NCBI GenBank assembly: GCA_027310235.1
Contig: DAIDBF010000008.1
Span: forward strand, 1 to 40,196
From: a bacterium
GTDB lineage: Bacteria; Patescibacteriota; Minisyncoccia; UBA6257; GWB1-50-10
Length of the DNA: 40,196 nt
Reading direction: 5' to 3'
Positions 17,064-26,101 of this stretch are shown here, piece after piece. Below the pieces are notes generated by a model. The model was not told the origin of the DNA and did not search any database. It saw nothing but the letters and a program-made list of their open reading frames with translations. Made by a program: the position numbers and the translations under genes. Position 1 is the first letter of the stretch, and every line of letters starts with the position of its first letter.

Positions 17064-18914
17064 TTTCTTTAATCTATTCTGATAGTACCACAAGAATATA
17101 TCCCGCGCCACCGGCACGACATTCAAACTTCCCTCTCTCGCGTTCTCGATCAAGATCACAATCGCAATTTCAGGATTCTCATATGGAGCGAACCCGACGA
17201 AGAACGCGTTCGTCTTCGTATTATTTGAAACCTGCGCCGAGCCCGTTTTCGAAGCGACGTCGATCGGAAGATCATGCAGAAGATACCCCGTACCGTACGG
17301 TTTCGTAACTCCGTCGCGCATTCCCTGGCGCACGAGCGAAATGGCACGCCCCGCTTCTCCGCTCAAATCGATCCGTATCGATTCCTTGTTTTCCAAAACA
17401 ACGGCTCCTTTCGGATCTTCCGCATCTTTCACGATGCGGGGCGTATATAACTTCCCGCCGTTCGCGATTGCGGTGATGTAATTCAAAAGTTCGATCGGGG
17501 TAACCGCAAAATCTCCCTGGCCTATGCTTACATTGAACGTATCCCCCAGCCGCCACGGTTCGCGCTTTGTCGCTTCTTTCCACGCGGCATCGGGAAGGAA
17601 TCCCGTATCTTCACCCGGAAGATCGATGCCGGTTTTCCGATCGAGTCCGAACTTTTGCCACCACTTCTTCAACCCGGAAATACCCAGTCCGCGCTGGTCG
17701 CCGAACCCGCCGCCCACTTCGTAAAAATATACATTGCTTGAACGCGCGATCGCCGAGTACATATCCACCCATCCTTGCGGGCGCCAATCCAAAAATCTCG
17801 AGGGATTCGACGGATCGTAGGGATTCGGCACATCGAGATATCCCGGCGAATAGATCTGATGCAATGGATCCAAAATTCCATCGACGAGCGCGCCTGTCGC
17901 CACAAGCGGCTTGATCGTCGAACCGGGACTGTAACGCCCGCTCACTGCTCTGTTAAACATCGGCTCGTACTTCGCATTCAAAAATTCGCTTATGGAACCG
18001 GGATTATACGAAGGAATATTGAAAAGTGCGAGCACTTCCCCGTTCTGGGGATTCATCGCGATTCCTACTCCGACATTCCTTCCGAGTCCTTGGATTGCTG
18101 TCTGCAACCGGTTGTAAAAATAATTCTGAAAATCGCGATCGATATAGGTATTCAAACTGTCGCCGATCTCCGCTTCCCGCACCGCGCGCTCGTCCTGGAT
18201 CTTCCCGCTCGCATTCCTGATAATCATCTTTTCGCCGTCAACTCCGCGGAGATACGAATCGTAAAACGCCTCGAGCCCCGCTCTCCCCATCTGATCGTCG
18301 ATCACGAGATCTTGGTGTTCCGAGAGATCTTGTTCGCTCACGAGCCCCGTATACCCGATGAGGTGCGAGAATGCCAAAGGAGAAGAAGGAACTCGTTCAA
18401 ACGAAGGATCCGCTTCGATGCCCGGCAGTTCCGCCGCAGTAATCGCCACAAGTTCGTCGCGGGAAATACCGTTTTTGAGCACCAATCGCGCACTCAAACT
18501 CCAGTCCCGTTCCCCGATCTTTTTTCGCACCTCGGCGGTATCGAGATTCAGAATCGTACTCACCGCGCCGATTACCTCAACCCGTCGTTCCGAATCGACG
18601 GGCAACATACTCGGCACGAGTACCACATCGAATGCCGGTTCATTCGCGACGAGCGGCTCGTGAAAACGATCGTAGATGATTCCCCGGGGCGCAACCTCGG
18701 TTTTCACGTCGCTCATGTTCAACACTGCGCGCTTTTCGTAAAACGAATGGCTAACCCCTCCCACGTATACGAGCTGCACCACAATCGCCAGGACCGCAAG
18801 GACCGCAATCAAGAGAAACCGTTTGAATACCTTATCCGCGAGCGGAATCTCGAGAAAGTCCTCCTCCGCCGCACGATCGGTCAAAATATCTTCAAGGTTA
18901 AGATCTCCCCGCAT
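17061..18914 (-). CDS. mrdA: Penicillin-binding protein 2 (class B)
   Basis: PGSTIKP (SxxK), SSN (SxN) and KTG motifs; follows mreBCD; likely start MRGDLN at 18914. Confidence 0.9.
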   Translation of the reverse strand: MRGDLNLEDILTDRAAEEDFLEIPLADKVFKRFLLIAVLAVLAIVVQLVYVGGVSHSFYEKRAVLNMSDVKTEVAPRGIIYDRFHEPLVANEPAFDVVLVPSMLPVDSERRVEVIGAVSTILNLDTAEVRKKIGERDWSLSARLVLKNGISRDELVAITAAELPGIEADPSFERVPSSPLAFSHLIGYTGLVSEQDLSEHQDLVIDDQMGRAGLEAFYDSYLRGVDGEKMIIRNASGKIQDERAVREAEIGDSLNTYIDRDFQNYFYNRLQTAIQGLGRNVGVGIAMNPQNGEVLALFNIPSYNPGSISEFLNAKYEPMFNRAVSGRYSPGSTIKPLVATGALVDGILDPLHQIYSPGYLDVPNPYDPSNPSRFLDWRPQGWVDMYSAIARSSNVYFYEVGGGFGDQRGLGISGLKKWWQKFGLDRKTGIDLPGEDTGFLPDAAWKEATKREPWRLGDTFNVSIGQGDFAVTPIELLNYITAIANGGKLYTPRIVKDAEDPKGAVVLENKESIRIDLSGEAGRAISLVRQGMRDGVTKPYGTGYLLHDLPIDVASKTGSAQVSNNTKTNAFFVGFAPYENPEIAIVILIENAREGSLNVVPVARDIFLWYYQNRLKK

Positions 18915-19380
18915 AATAGTTGCGTATCTGTTTTGTGGCGAGCCATACGAATGTTCCCAAGACCAGGTTGTAGAGCGTTTCCTCGGCCGCAATCCCAAAC
19001 AGAAAGGGTGTGCCGTGCAGTGCGGCGCGTATTCCGAAGAACAGCAACGTTCCCGAAACGATAATAACGAGAAAATCGAGGAAGGGGGTACCGACGAGCT
19101 TCCGGCGGAGTACATACATTCCGAGGATAAGCAGTGAAAGTATCACGACCGGTTCGATCCAGAAACGGAATAAGAACGAGTAGAGCACGATGAAGATGCA
19201 AAGAAGTACGAGAAGCGCCCAAAAAGGAGATCGCTCACCGAAGTTTGTAGCGGTAAGAAACACGGCAAAAAAAATAAGAACCAGATTGGGCACTATTCCC
19301 GAGATCTGGAACATGCGCGTCCCTTCAAAGAAAAGAGTGAGTGCGAGTAGTGCACAAGCAATCGGAAATTTATAATACAT
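18898..19380 (-). CDS. mreD: MreD-like membrane protein
   Basis: Hydrophobic 160 aa with a PNL motif, between mreC and pbp2. Confidence 0.65.
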   Translation of the reverse strand: MYYKFPIACALLALTLFFEGTRMFQISGIVPNLVLIFFAVFLTATNFGERSPFWALLVLLCIFIVLYSFLFRFWIEPVVILSLLILGMYVLRRKLVGTPFLDFLVIIVSGTLLFFGIRAALHGTPFLFGIAAEETLYNLVLGTFVWLATKQIRNYYAGRS

Positions 19381-19386
19381 AGTCCG

Positions 19387-20094
19387 TCATGAAGGGAAAT
19401 TCGTTACGACAAGAACGCGATCGATGTCTTCGAACTTGAAAAGCGGATCGACCGTGGCGCGAAGCCAGAGTGCATTACTCCCCTCTCGAAAGTCGCTTGC
19501 GTTCCCCAATAAGAGATCCATGGGAAACTCCGGTGCGAGATTCAAGACGGCATCTCCCGCGGTCGTCGATGCATTTTTGGGCAGCAAATCAACGTAAGGA
19601 GTTGCACCGCCCACCAAGACGGCCTTTACCCTCCCCGCTCCCACGGAGACGGTACTTTTCCATGAAGGATCGAAGATCGTTTCGACCTCGCTCTTTGTTC
19701 TTGATACTGTTTTTATCTTCCCCAAAAGAACCTCGGGGGCCGCAAGCACCGGCATTCCTTCTTTCAGCCCGTCAGCCGATCCCGCATTAATGGAGATCGA
19801 GGCATAATCATTGAAGGGATAAAGAGAAAATACCTTTACTTCTTTTACGCGATACTTTCCCGATACAACCGAAGCATCAGAAACGAAGGTGGAGGTGGCG
19901 CATCTCACCGCGAGCGCTTCATATTCGAGATGTAGTTTTTCGAACGAACGATAATCGAAAGAAGGATCGGTTGATCCCACAAGCGCTACCCGCATGTTCG
20001 CGAAAAATCTGACAAGCGGAACGCGCCATATAAAAAGAATGGCGGCGATAAGCACGCATATCGTTACGGTGACGAAAACCCTGAACGACTTCAT
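19387..20094 (-). CDS. mreC: Rod shape-determining protein MreC
   Basis: N-terminal TM, INAGSADGLKEGMPV, LLGKI; synteny. Confidence 0.85.
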   Translation of the reverse strand: MKSFRVFVTVTICVLIAAILFIWRVPLVRFFANMRVALVGSTDPSFDYRSFEKLHLEYEALAVRCATSTFVSDASVVSGKYRVKEVKVFSLYPFNDYASISINAGSADGLKEGMPVLAAPEVLLGKIKTVSRTKSEVETIFDPSWKSTVSVGAGRVKAVLVGGATPYVDLLPKNASTTAGDAVLNLAPEFPMDLLLGNASDFREGSNALWLRATVDPLFKFEDIDRVLVVTNFPS

Positions 20095-20223
20095 CCCTCA
20101 CATAACATGCATCAAGCCGTGCTGCATCCATTTCCTCATGCGGCACAGACCCGAGGCATGCTGACTAAACGATCTCTTTTCTTGAGACATACGAACGTAA
20201 TGCATGTTATGTGAGGGGTTCAT
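20090..20223 (-). mobile_element. MITE-like insertion at the mreB/mreC ATGA overlap (family T), with ATGAA duplication
   Basis: Perfect 18-bp IR ccctcacataacatgcat (20095-20112/20200-20217); ATGAA on both sides (20219-20223 and 20090-20094). Confidence 0.75.
20098..20223 (-). CDS. Putative 41-aa relay peptide bridging the mreB stop to the mreC start
   Basis: Starts at the ATG overlapping the mreB TGA, stays open across the whole element, and ends TGA-GGG-ATG(mreC). Confidence 0.45.
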   Translation of the reverse strand: MNPSHNMHYVRMSQEKRSFSQHASGLCRMRKWMQHGLMHVM

Positions 20224-21245
20224 AATACTACCTTCGAGTTGGAAAACGTATCCAGAATGTTCTTGTATTGCTCCATATTCTCCGTGATGAGTCCCGTTCC
20301 CCGCACCACGCAGAGAAGCGGTTCATCCACGAGATGCACCTTGACGCCGATCTCTTTTTCGAAAAGCTGTTCGACGCCCCGAAGCATGCTCCCCCCTCCC
20401 GAGAGATAGATACCGTTCTTGTACACGTCGCCTACGAGTTCCGGCGGAGTGACGTCGATAAGTTCCTTCAAGGTCTCGATGACCTGTTTTAAGGGCTTCG
20501 TGAGCCAGTATCTGACTTGCGTATCCCGTATTACCGCCTCCCGGGGAAGCCCCGACACCGCATCGCGCCCGCGGATCACGAGATCAAGGCGTTCACTCTG
20601 GGGTATCGCCTCACCCACGGCGATTTTTATCTCCTCCGCCGTCGGCTCGCCGATATGGAGTTTCAATTCTTCCTTTACCCCTTTTACGATTTCGTGATTC
20701 AAATAGTCGCCGGCGATTTTGAGTCGTTTCGAGACCACGATTCCGTTCATCGAGATAATCGCCATATCGGTCGTTCCCGCGCCGATATCGACGACGAGAT
20801 GCGCCGTCGGCTGATTGATGTCGAGCCCGCTTCCCAGCGCGGCCGCGACCAATCGTTCGATGAGATGTACCTTGCTCACTCCCACTTCGCGGAGTAAATC
20901 CTCAACCGACTTCCGCTCCACTTCCGTCAGGTTCGTCGGAACGCTTATCACCGTTTCGGTAAACCAAGACCACGGTATGGAGTTGGATTTCAAAAACCGC
21001 TGTACCATCTCCTTCGCCATGTCGAAATCGCCGATTACGCCGTTTACCATCGGACGAAGCGCCGTCACGTGATTCGGCGTCCGGGAAAGCATTTTTTTCG
21101 CATCGCTTCCCACGGCGACGACGCGATTCGTGCGATTATTGAAGGCAACGATCGAAGGTTCATTCAAAATAATTCCGGTGCCTTTCAAATATACCTGCGT
21201 CGTATCGGTTCCGAGATCTATTCCTATGATTTTTTTGATAATCAT
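20220..21245 (-). CDS. mreB: Rod shape-determining protein MreB
   Basis: IGIDLGT, VDIGAGTTD, LSGGGSML; first gene of mreBCD-pbp2. Confidence 0.93.
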   Translation of the reverse strand: MIIKKIIGIDLGTDTTQVYLKGTGIILNEPSIVAFNNRTNRVVAVGSDAKKMLSRTPNHVTALRPMVNGVIGDFDMAKEMVQRFLKSNSIPWSWFTETVISVPTNLTEVERKSVEDLLREVGVSKVHLIERLVAAALGSGLDINQPTAHLVVDIGAGTTDMAIISMNGIVVSKRLKIAGDYLNHEIVKGVKEELKLHIGEPTAEEIKIAVGEAIPQSERLDLVIRGRDAVSGLPREAVIRDTQVRYWLTKPLKQVIETLKELIDVTPPELVGDVYKNGIYLSGGGSMLRGVEQLFEKEIGVKVHLVDEPLLCVVRGTGLITENMEQYKNILDTFSNSKVVL

Positions 21246-21251
21246 GTTCGT

Positions 21252-22505
21252 TTATTCGTTGAGTATTTTCTCGAACTCTTTCAACTTTACTACCTTTACG
21301 TTTGCTTCATTTCTTCGTTTGATTTCGATTTTATCCTGCACCATTGTCTTTTCGCTCACGACAACCCGCCACGGCAATCCTATCAAATCCGCATCGAAGA
21401 ACTTCTCGCCCGTCGTCGCTCTCGTTCGATCGTCGAAAAGAACCTCGACGCCGCTCTTTACAAGTTCATCATACACGTTCGTCCCGAATTGCTGAAGTTC
21501 CGGCGTCGCTTCTCCAATCTGGAGGAGGTGCGCCTGAAATGGTGCGACCGATTCCGGCCAGACAATTCCTTTCTCGTCGTGATGTACCTCAACAATCGTA
21601 CCCATCAGGCGATCGACACCGATCCCGTAGGATCCCATAACGACGGGGGTCATTTTTCCCTGCGCGTCTTTGTAGGTGAACCCGACGGGTTCCGAAAACT
21701 TCGTACCGAGTTTGAAGATATTCCCTACCTCGACGGTCTTCACCTTATCGATAACGCCGCTTTGGCACTTCGGACAGGGACTTTTCGCCTTCAGTTTCGA
21801 AATCTCCTTGTTCTGCGCGAACCCGCACAAACGGCAGAGAAATGTCTCATCCTCTCCCGCGTCGGTCTCCACCATAAACTCGTGCGAATACTCCTTGGTG
21901 AAATCGCCTCCCGAGGCTTCCGTAATATATGATTTGAGTCCTGCACGGGTGAATATCTTGAGATACGCCTTTTTCGCTTCTTCATAAAACTCGGCAAGCG
22001 ACGCCTCGTCGGTATGAAAACTGTAGAGATCCTTCATGGTAAACTCGCGTCCGCGAAGTAGTCCCGACTTCGCACGCGGTTCATCCCGATACTTCGTCTG
22101 AATTTGATACACCGTACGCGGCAGGTCGGCATAAGAATCAATAACCGTCTTCCCGATAACCGCCATGATCTCCTCATGCGTCGGCCCGAGACCCACTTCG
22201 CGTCCCGAGTGATCCTTGAACTGGTACATAATCTTCGCCATCCCCTCCCATCTTCCCGTCGCATCCCACACTGAGCGCGGATGAAGCGCGGGCATGAGAA
22301 TTTCCGCGGATCCCAAGGCATTCATCTCTTCTTCGATGATGCGGATGACCTTCTCGCGAACACGCCATCCCAAGGGCAAATAGGAATATACCCCCGCCAT
22401 CAATTTCTCAACGAAGTTGCCCCGAATAAGGAGCTGGGCATTTATTGCGACCTCATCCCTTGGGAAGTCCTTCTGGGTTCTGAAAAACAATTGCGACTGC
22501 CGCAT
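21252..22505 (-). CDS. proS: Proline--tRNA ligase (short form, apparently without the editing insertion)
   Basis: LGPTHEE, YRDEPRAKSGLLRGREF, MGSYGIG; 417 aa. Confidence 0.95.
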   Translation of the reverse strand: MRQSQLFFRTQKDFPRDEVAINAQLLIRGNFVEKLMAGVYSYLPLGWRVREKVIRIIEEEMNALGSAEILMPALHPRSVWDATGRWEGMAKIMYQFKDHSGREVGLGPTHEEIMAVIGKTVIDSYADLPRTVYQIQTKYRDEPRAKSGLLRGREFTMKDLYSFHTDEASLAEFYEEAKKAYLKIFTRAGLKSYITEASGGDFTKEYSHEFMVETDAGEDETFLCRLCGFAQNKEISKLKAKSPCPKCQSGVIDKVKTVEVGNIFKLGTKFSEPVGFTYKDAQGKMTPVVMGSYGIGVDRLMGTIVEVHHDEKGIVWPESVAPFQAHLLQIGEATPELQQFGTNVYDELVKSGVEVLFDDRTRATTGEKFFDADLIGLPWRVVVSEKTMVQDKIEIKRRNEANVKVVKLKEFEKILNE

Positions 22506-22558
22506 ATAAGGGAGATTGTACCAGAGGTTTTTCCCTGTTACAAATAAGAAGGAATAAA

Positions 22559-22589
22559 AATCTATCGAGGCCGGGCCTCCTTAATATTG
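22559..22589 (+). repeat. 31-bp direct repeat, copy 1 of 2 flanking the Cys-rich gene
   Basis: aatctatcgaggccgggcctcCTtaatattg; 29/31 identical to 24428-24458. Confidence 0.8.
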
Positions 22590-22648
22590 AACTCCCACTA
22601 CCTCCCTTTAATAGCACGCCTCACAACCACAACGCCTTCGGGTCGGGG

Positions 22649-22683
22649 CTCCGACCTCCGACATATTCGTCGGAGCGTCGGAG
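22649..22683. repeat. REP-like hairpin built of CTCCGAC/GTCGGAG units; possible terminator
   Basis: ctccgacctccgac-atattc-gtcggagcgtcggag, 10 nt after the stop of 22694-24415. Confidence 0.6.
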
Positions 22684-22693
22684 TACACCCTCA

Positions 22694-24415
22694 TTATATT
22701 ATCTCGGCTTGGTAACATGATTCACAATATATTATTTCCTTTCGATCCGGAGCGTAGGAGGTCTCGAACTCGTTAGGACATGATTCGTTTCCATGAAAAT
22801 GAGAGGCTGTGTTCCGATACCCGTTTTTCTTCGTTGAAGATTCTGAGGATAAACACTGACATCGCCGGAGCCACAGTCGATAAGGTTGCCGATCGGCGCG
22901 ACGTTCGGCAAAGCCACATTGAGGGCACTTTCGCGGGAGTGGCAGATTGAATCGCTTATAGAATTGAAGCTCGGCTGGGATAATTCGATAGTTCCTTCCA
23001 CACAAGACGCAACTTAAAATCTCCTTCGAAATATTTTCTGTAACATCCTTGATATTGTCAGGAATCTTATCCGACGAAAGTGTTTCTTTCCTGGTTGTAT
23101 ATTGGAAATCGCTTTGCCATCCATATCCCAACTCTCGCGCGTGAGATTCTTCGAGAGGATAGTGATCATGCGCAACGGTCTCATTATACGCAAACGTGGA
23201 GAATGCCGCCCCCGGATGTTTTTCCAACTCTCCTCTCCTCTCGCAATCGGCAAGAATACGCGTATATTCATCTTTCGTATATTGTTTGTTCAGCAAACAG
23301 TATTCTTTCTTTTTCAGCCCTGTGGAAGCCGTACAGCTTGAACAGGTAATGAGACTATCGCAGTATGAGCAGTCCGCTGAATTTGCCAGATTGAAACAAA
23401 ACTTAAGATTGGTACCTCCCTTGATCACGGAGCAAGCATAGAAAAATTCTACCGGCTCTACGCCAATCGAGTAGGAGTACATACCGCGACCGGAATTCAA
23501 AATGCTCGCCACCGATTTAACATCCTTCACATTAAAACCGTCAAAGCACCAGTGTGCGTTATTAGTCCCTTCAAGATAATTTCCTTCGATGTTGTTTGAC
23601 TTCAAAATAAAAGCAAAGCGTCGCAGTGCCTTTTTCTTTATCTCAAAATATCGTTTCTCCTGCTCATGGTGATTCACCCAACCACCCGCGAATGCTTCGG
23701 ATTTTATCTTCTCAAACTCTTCTTTGGATACTTGTCTGTTGAAGGCATACCAAGATTTATTTCTCAGATTCCAGGAAAAAATACAGTTAGAACACCCCTT
23801 AAGATCATAACTAAAATAACACTCCGAGCAATCCGAGGAATCCTGCAAATAGGCGCAACGAAAACATTTTGATACATCAATACAGTACGCTAAGAGTTCG
23901 CTTTCAACCGCTTTACTCGATGCAATAACGTCCTTCACGTTATTAATCCACATCGAATAGATACCATTCTCACATCCCGCCACCAAGTAACTAAAATAAA
24001 CATCTTTGGAACTACGGACGTGGTTTCCATAATCACAATTCGTAGAATTGATGATAATGAGCGCCTCTCGTGGAACCCTTAACTGAAGCTCTTTGAATTG
24101 ATCGAGAAGTGGCTTTTCCAGATCATAGTCAGTGGCATAATCGGTGCCATCCCATCCATCCGACCACCAGCAATCATGACACCATACCACGTAAGGAGAT
24201 GAGGGATGATACATAGAAAGAATCGGCTTTTTACAATGTGCACATGTGCTCTTATAGAGATTGCGCTCGTTGCGCCACGCCATAACACTGCCTACTCCGC
24301 ATATAGAACAAAGCACGGGCGGCTGAACCTTCATTTGTCTGCAAAAATCTACATCCTCGGGCTCAAGCACAAAGGAGTTTTTGCAATTCTGACACTTTCT
24401 TGTTTCCGAGTTCAT
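22694..24415 (-). CDS. Cys-rich multi-zinc-ribbon hypothetical protein (paralog of 39472-40196)
   Basis: 573 aa, many CxxC, C-terminal CPNEFETSYAPDRKEIIYCESCYQAEI nearly identical to the paralog. Confidence 0.85.
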   Translation of the reverse strand: MNSETRKCQNCKNSFVLEPEDVDFCRQMKVQPPVLCSICGVGSVMAWRNERNLYKSTCAHCKKPILSMYHPSSPYVVWCHDCWWSDGWDGTDYATDYDLEKPLLDQFKELQLRVPREALIIINSTNCDYGNHVRSSKDVYFSYLVAGCENGIYSMWINNVKDVIASSKAVESELLAYCIDVSKCFRCAYLQDSSDCSECYFSYDLKGCSNCIFSWNLRNKSWYAFNRQVSKEEFEKIKSEAFAGGWVNHHEQEKRYFEIKKKALRRFAFILKSNNIEGNYLEGTNNAHWCFDGFNVKDVKSVASILNSGRGMYSYSIGVEPVEFFYACSVIKGGTNLKFCFNLANSADCSYCDSLITCSSCTASTGLKKKEYCLLNKQYTKDEYTRILADCERRGELEKHPGAAFSTFAYNETVAHDHYPLEESHARELGYGWQSDFQYTTRKETLSSDKIPDNIKDVTENISKEILSCVLCGRNYRIIPAELQFYKRFNLPLPRKCPQCGFAERRADRQPYRLWLRRCQCLSSESSTKKNGYRNTASHFHGNESCPNEFETSYAPDRKEIIYCESCYQAEII

Positions 24416-24427
24416 GCGATGTTTTTC

Positions 24428-24458
24428 AATCTATCGAGGCCGGGCCTCGATAATATTG
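24428..24458 (+). repeat. 31-bp direct repeat, copy 2; contains the palindrome tatcgaggc-cgg-gcctcgata
   Basis: aatctatcgaggccgggcctcGAtaatattg. Confidence 0.8.
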
Positions 24459-24466
24459 TGGATAAC

Positions 24467-25573
24467 TCAAGATTTCCTCTTATGCGAAGTGAATGCCGCC
24501 TCGACGAGCATCTCGAGAAGTTTTTGGAAAGAAATTCCATACGTATGCGCCGCCTTGGGAAGCAGGCTTTCACTCGTAAGCCCGGGAATCGTATTGATTT
24601 CGAGTACATAGATCTTCCCGTCCTTGCCTACCATCATGTCCGTCCTCGAGAATCCCCTACATCCCGTAAGCCGATGGGACTTGAGAGCGATGTTTCGAAA
24701 CTCCCTCAAGTATGACTCGGGAAACCGCGCCGGCGTTATCTCATCCGATCCGCCCGACTCATACTTAGCTTTGTAATCGAAGAAATGACTTACTCGCGGC
24801 ACGATTTCCGTAGGCGGAAGCGCAAACGCCGAACCGTGTGTTCCATGATCGATAACGCCGCACGTAACTTCCCTCCCCAAAATTAAGGGTTGTACCAATA
24901 CATCTTTATATGTTTCGGCGGCTTCGCGAAGCACCCTACGAAGCGATTCTTCATCTTTTACGATCTCCACGCCGATACTCGAACCTCCCGCATTCGGCTT
25001 CACTACCCAAGGTTTCTCGAGATACCACGTTATTCTTTGTACCACCTCATCTTCGTGTTTTTTGAAATCATTTACCCCGTTACTCCCCGCAGCATAACGT
25101 GAGGTTCCTCCTTTCAAAGAATCTTTATTTATTTCCTCCTTATTATCAGAAAACTTTGATTGTCGGGGAGTAACGGGGTGAAGATGGAAATGAAGTGTGG
25201 GAGGAATCATAAGCCCTGCGTCGCGGAACAGCCGGAGCGAAAGAAACTTATTCATGCCGAGCGCACTCGAGAGTTTCCCCGAGCCCGTATACGGAATCGA
25301 TGCCTCCTCCAAAATCGCTTGTATCGTACCATCCTCGCCGTACGCGCCGTGCATCGCGATAAACGCGACGTCAAAGCGGTTCGGAAGCTCTTCCGGAGGA
25401 AATGGCCACTCACCTTTTTTATCAATGGTAATAATCTCCGCGGTAAACTTCTCAGAATCAAAGCTCTTCAAAACATTCTCTCCCGTCATTAGTGACACTT
25501 CGTACTCCGAAGAAGGCCCTCCCACGAGGATCGCAACCCTTATTTTCATCTCATCTTTTCCCTCCGGTCCCAT
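24467..25573 (-). CDS. ddl: D-alanine--D-alanine ligase with an internal ~36-aa insertion
   Basis: GGPSSEYEVS, HGAYGEDG, GSSIG, FDYKAKY, EINTIPG. Confidence 0.95.
   Translation of the reverse strand: MGPEGKDEMKIRVAILVGGPSSEYEVSLMTGENVLKSFDSEKFTAEIITIDKKGEWPFPPEELPNRFDVAFIAMHGAYGEDGTIQAILEEASIPYTGSGKLSSALGMNKFLSLRLFRDAGLMIPPTLHFHLHPVTPRQSKFSDNKEEINKDSLKGGTSRYAAGSNGVNDFKKHEDEVVQRITWYLEKPWVVKPNAGGSSIGVEIVKDEESLRRVLREAAETYKDVLVQPLILGREVTCGVIDHGTHGSAFALPPTEIVPRVSHFFDYKAKYESGGSDEITPARFPESYLREFRNIALKSHRLTGCRGFSRTDMMVGKDGKIYVLEINTIPGLTSESLLPKAAHTYGISFQKLLEMLVEAAFTSHKRKS
25073..25180. mobile_element. Palindromic element inserted in frame inside ddl
   Basis: Perfect 16-bp IR accccgttactccccg/cggggagtaacggggt (25074-25089/25164-25179); 108 nt = 36 codons HPVTP...GSNGV. 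Confidence 0.75.
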
Positions 25574-25593
25574 ACCTTCATTGTACTACAGTA

Positions 25594-25793
25594 AGAGGAA
25601 TCTCTCCCACTCCCTCACGAGCAGAAACGTTCGCTCGCAGGAATTCACCTCGTTCGTCCTTGCACCCGCGGCAATTATGCAAACTCGACCTTATGGGACT
25701 CGGACAGTGCATAATTGCTCGTGTGCGTCGTCCTCACTCGGGAATTCCTCAACTCTCTCACGTATGCTCGTGAAGGAGGAAAGAGATTCCTCT
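25594..25793 (-). repeat. GA-rod element, family R1 copy c (folding strand -)
   Basis: Terminal IR agaggaatctct/agagattcctct; core gcaaactcgaccttatgggactcggacagtgc. Confidence 0.85.
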
Positions 25794-25898
25794 CGAAATT
25801 TCCACCAAATCCAACAAAAAATTTCTCTCCTTCTCGATGGACGAGCACCGCGTTCCTCCGAACGATGTTCATTCCTCCGTCCCCAACAAAAACCACCA

Positions 25899-26101
25899 GA
25901 GTTTTTCCCCTTTTCCGAGCACGCCTTATGGAGCGAGTATAAGAACTTTTGCCCGAGCCGACGCAGGAAATAGGAGGCACGCACTGTCCGAATCCCGAAG
26001 CGAAGCGGAGGTTGAGTTGCGCGCTCCCGTTCATTTCCCAGGATGCGAGGCAAGGAGTTCTGCGAGCGGAATACTGCGTGCGAGGGGAAGGAGAAAAACT
26101 C
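25899..26101 (+). repeat. GA-rod element, family R1 copy d (diverged; folding strand +); overlaps the rseP stop
   Basis: Terminal IR gagtttttc/gaaaaactc; core gcactgtccgaatccc...ggttgagttgc. Confidence 0.7.

Noticed and set aside
18915..19115. Extended N-termini in the ORF track for pbp2, greA, rplQ, second mreB, livK-like, rpoA and pilin
   Set aside because: Extensions overlap neighbouring genes or repeats; downstream ATGs fit the family N-termini better
24457..24465. Perfect DnaA boxes TGTGGATAA (here and at 34974-34982) as oriC
   Set aside because: Isolated single boxes with no cluster or dnaA nearby; at most promoter-associated sites
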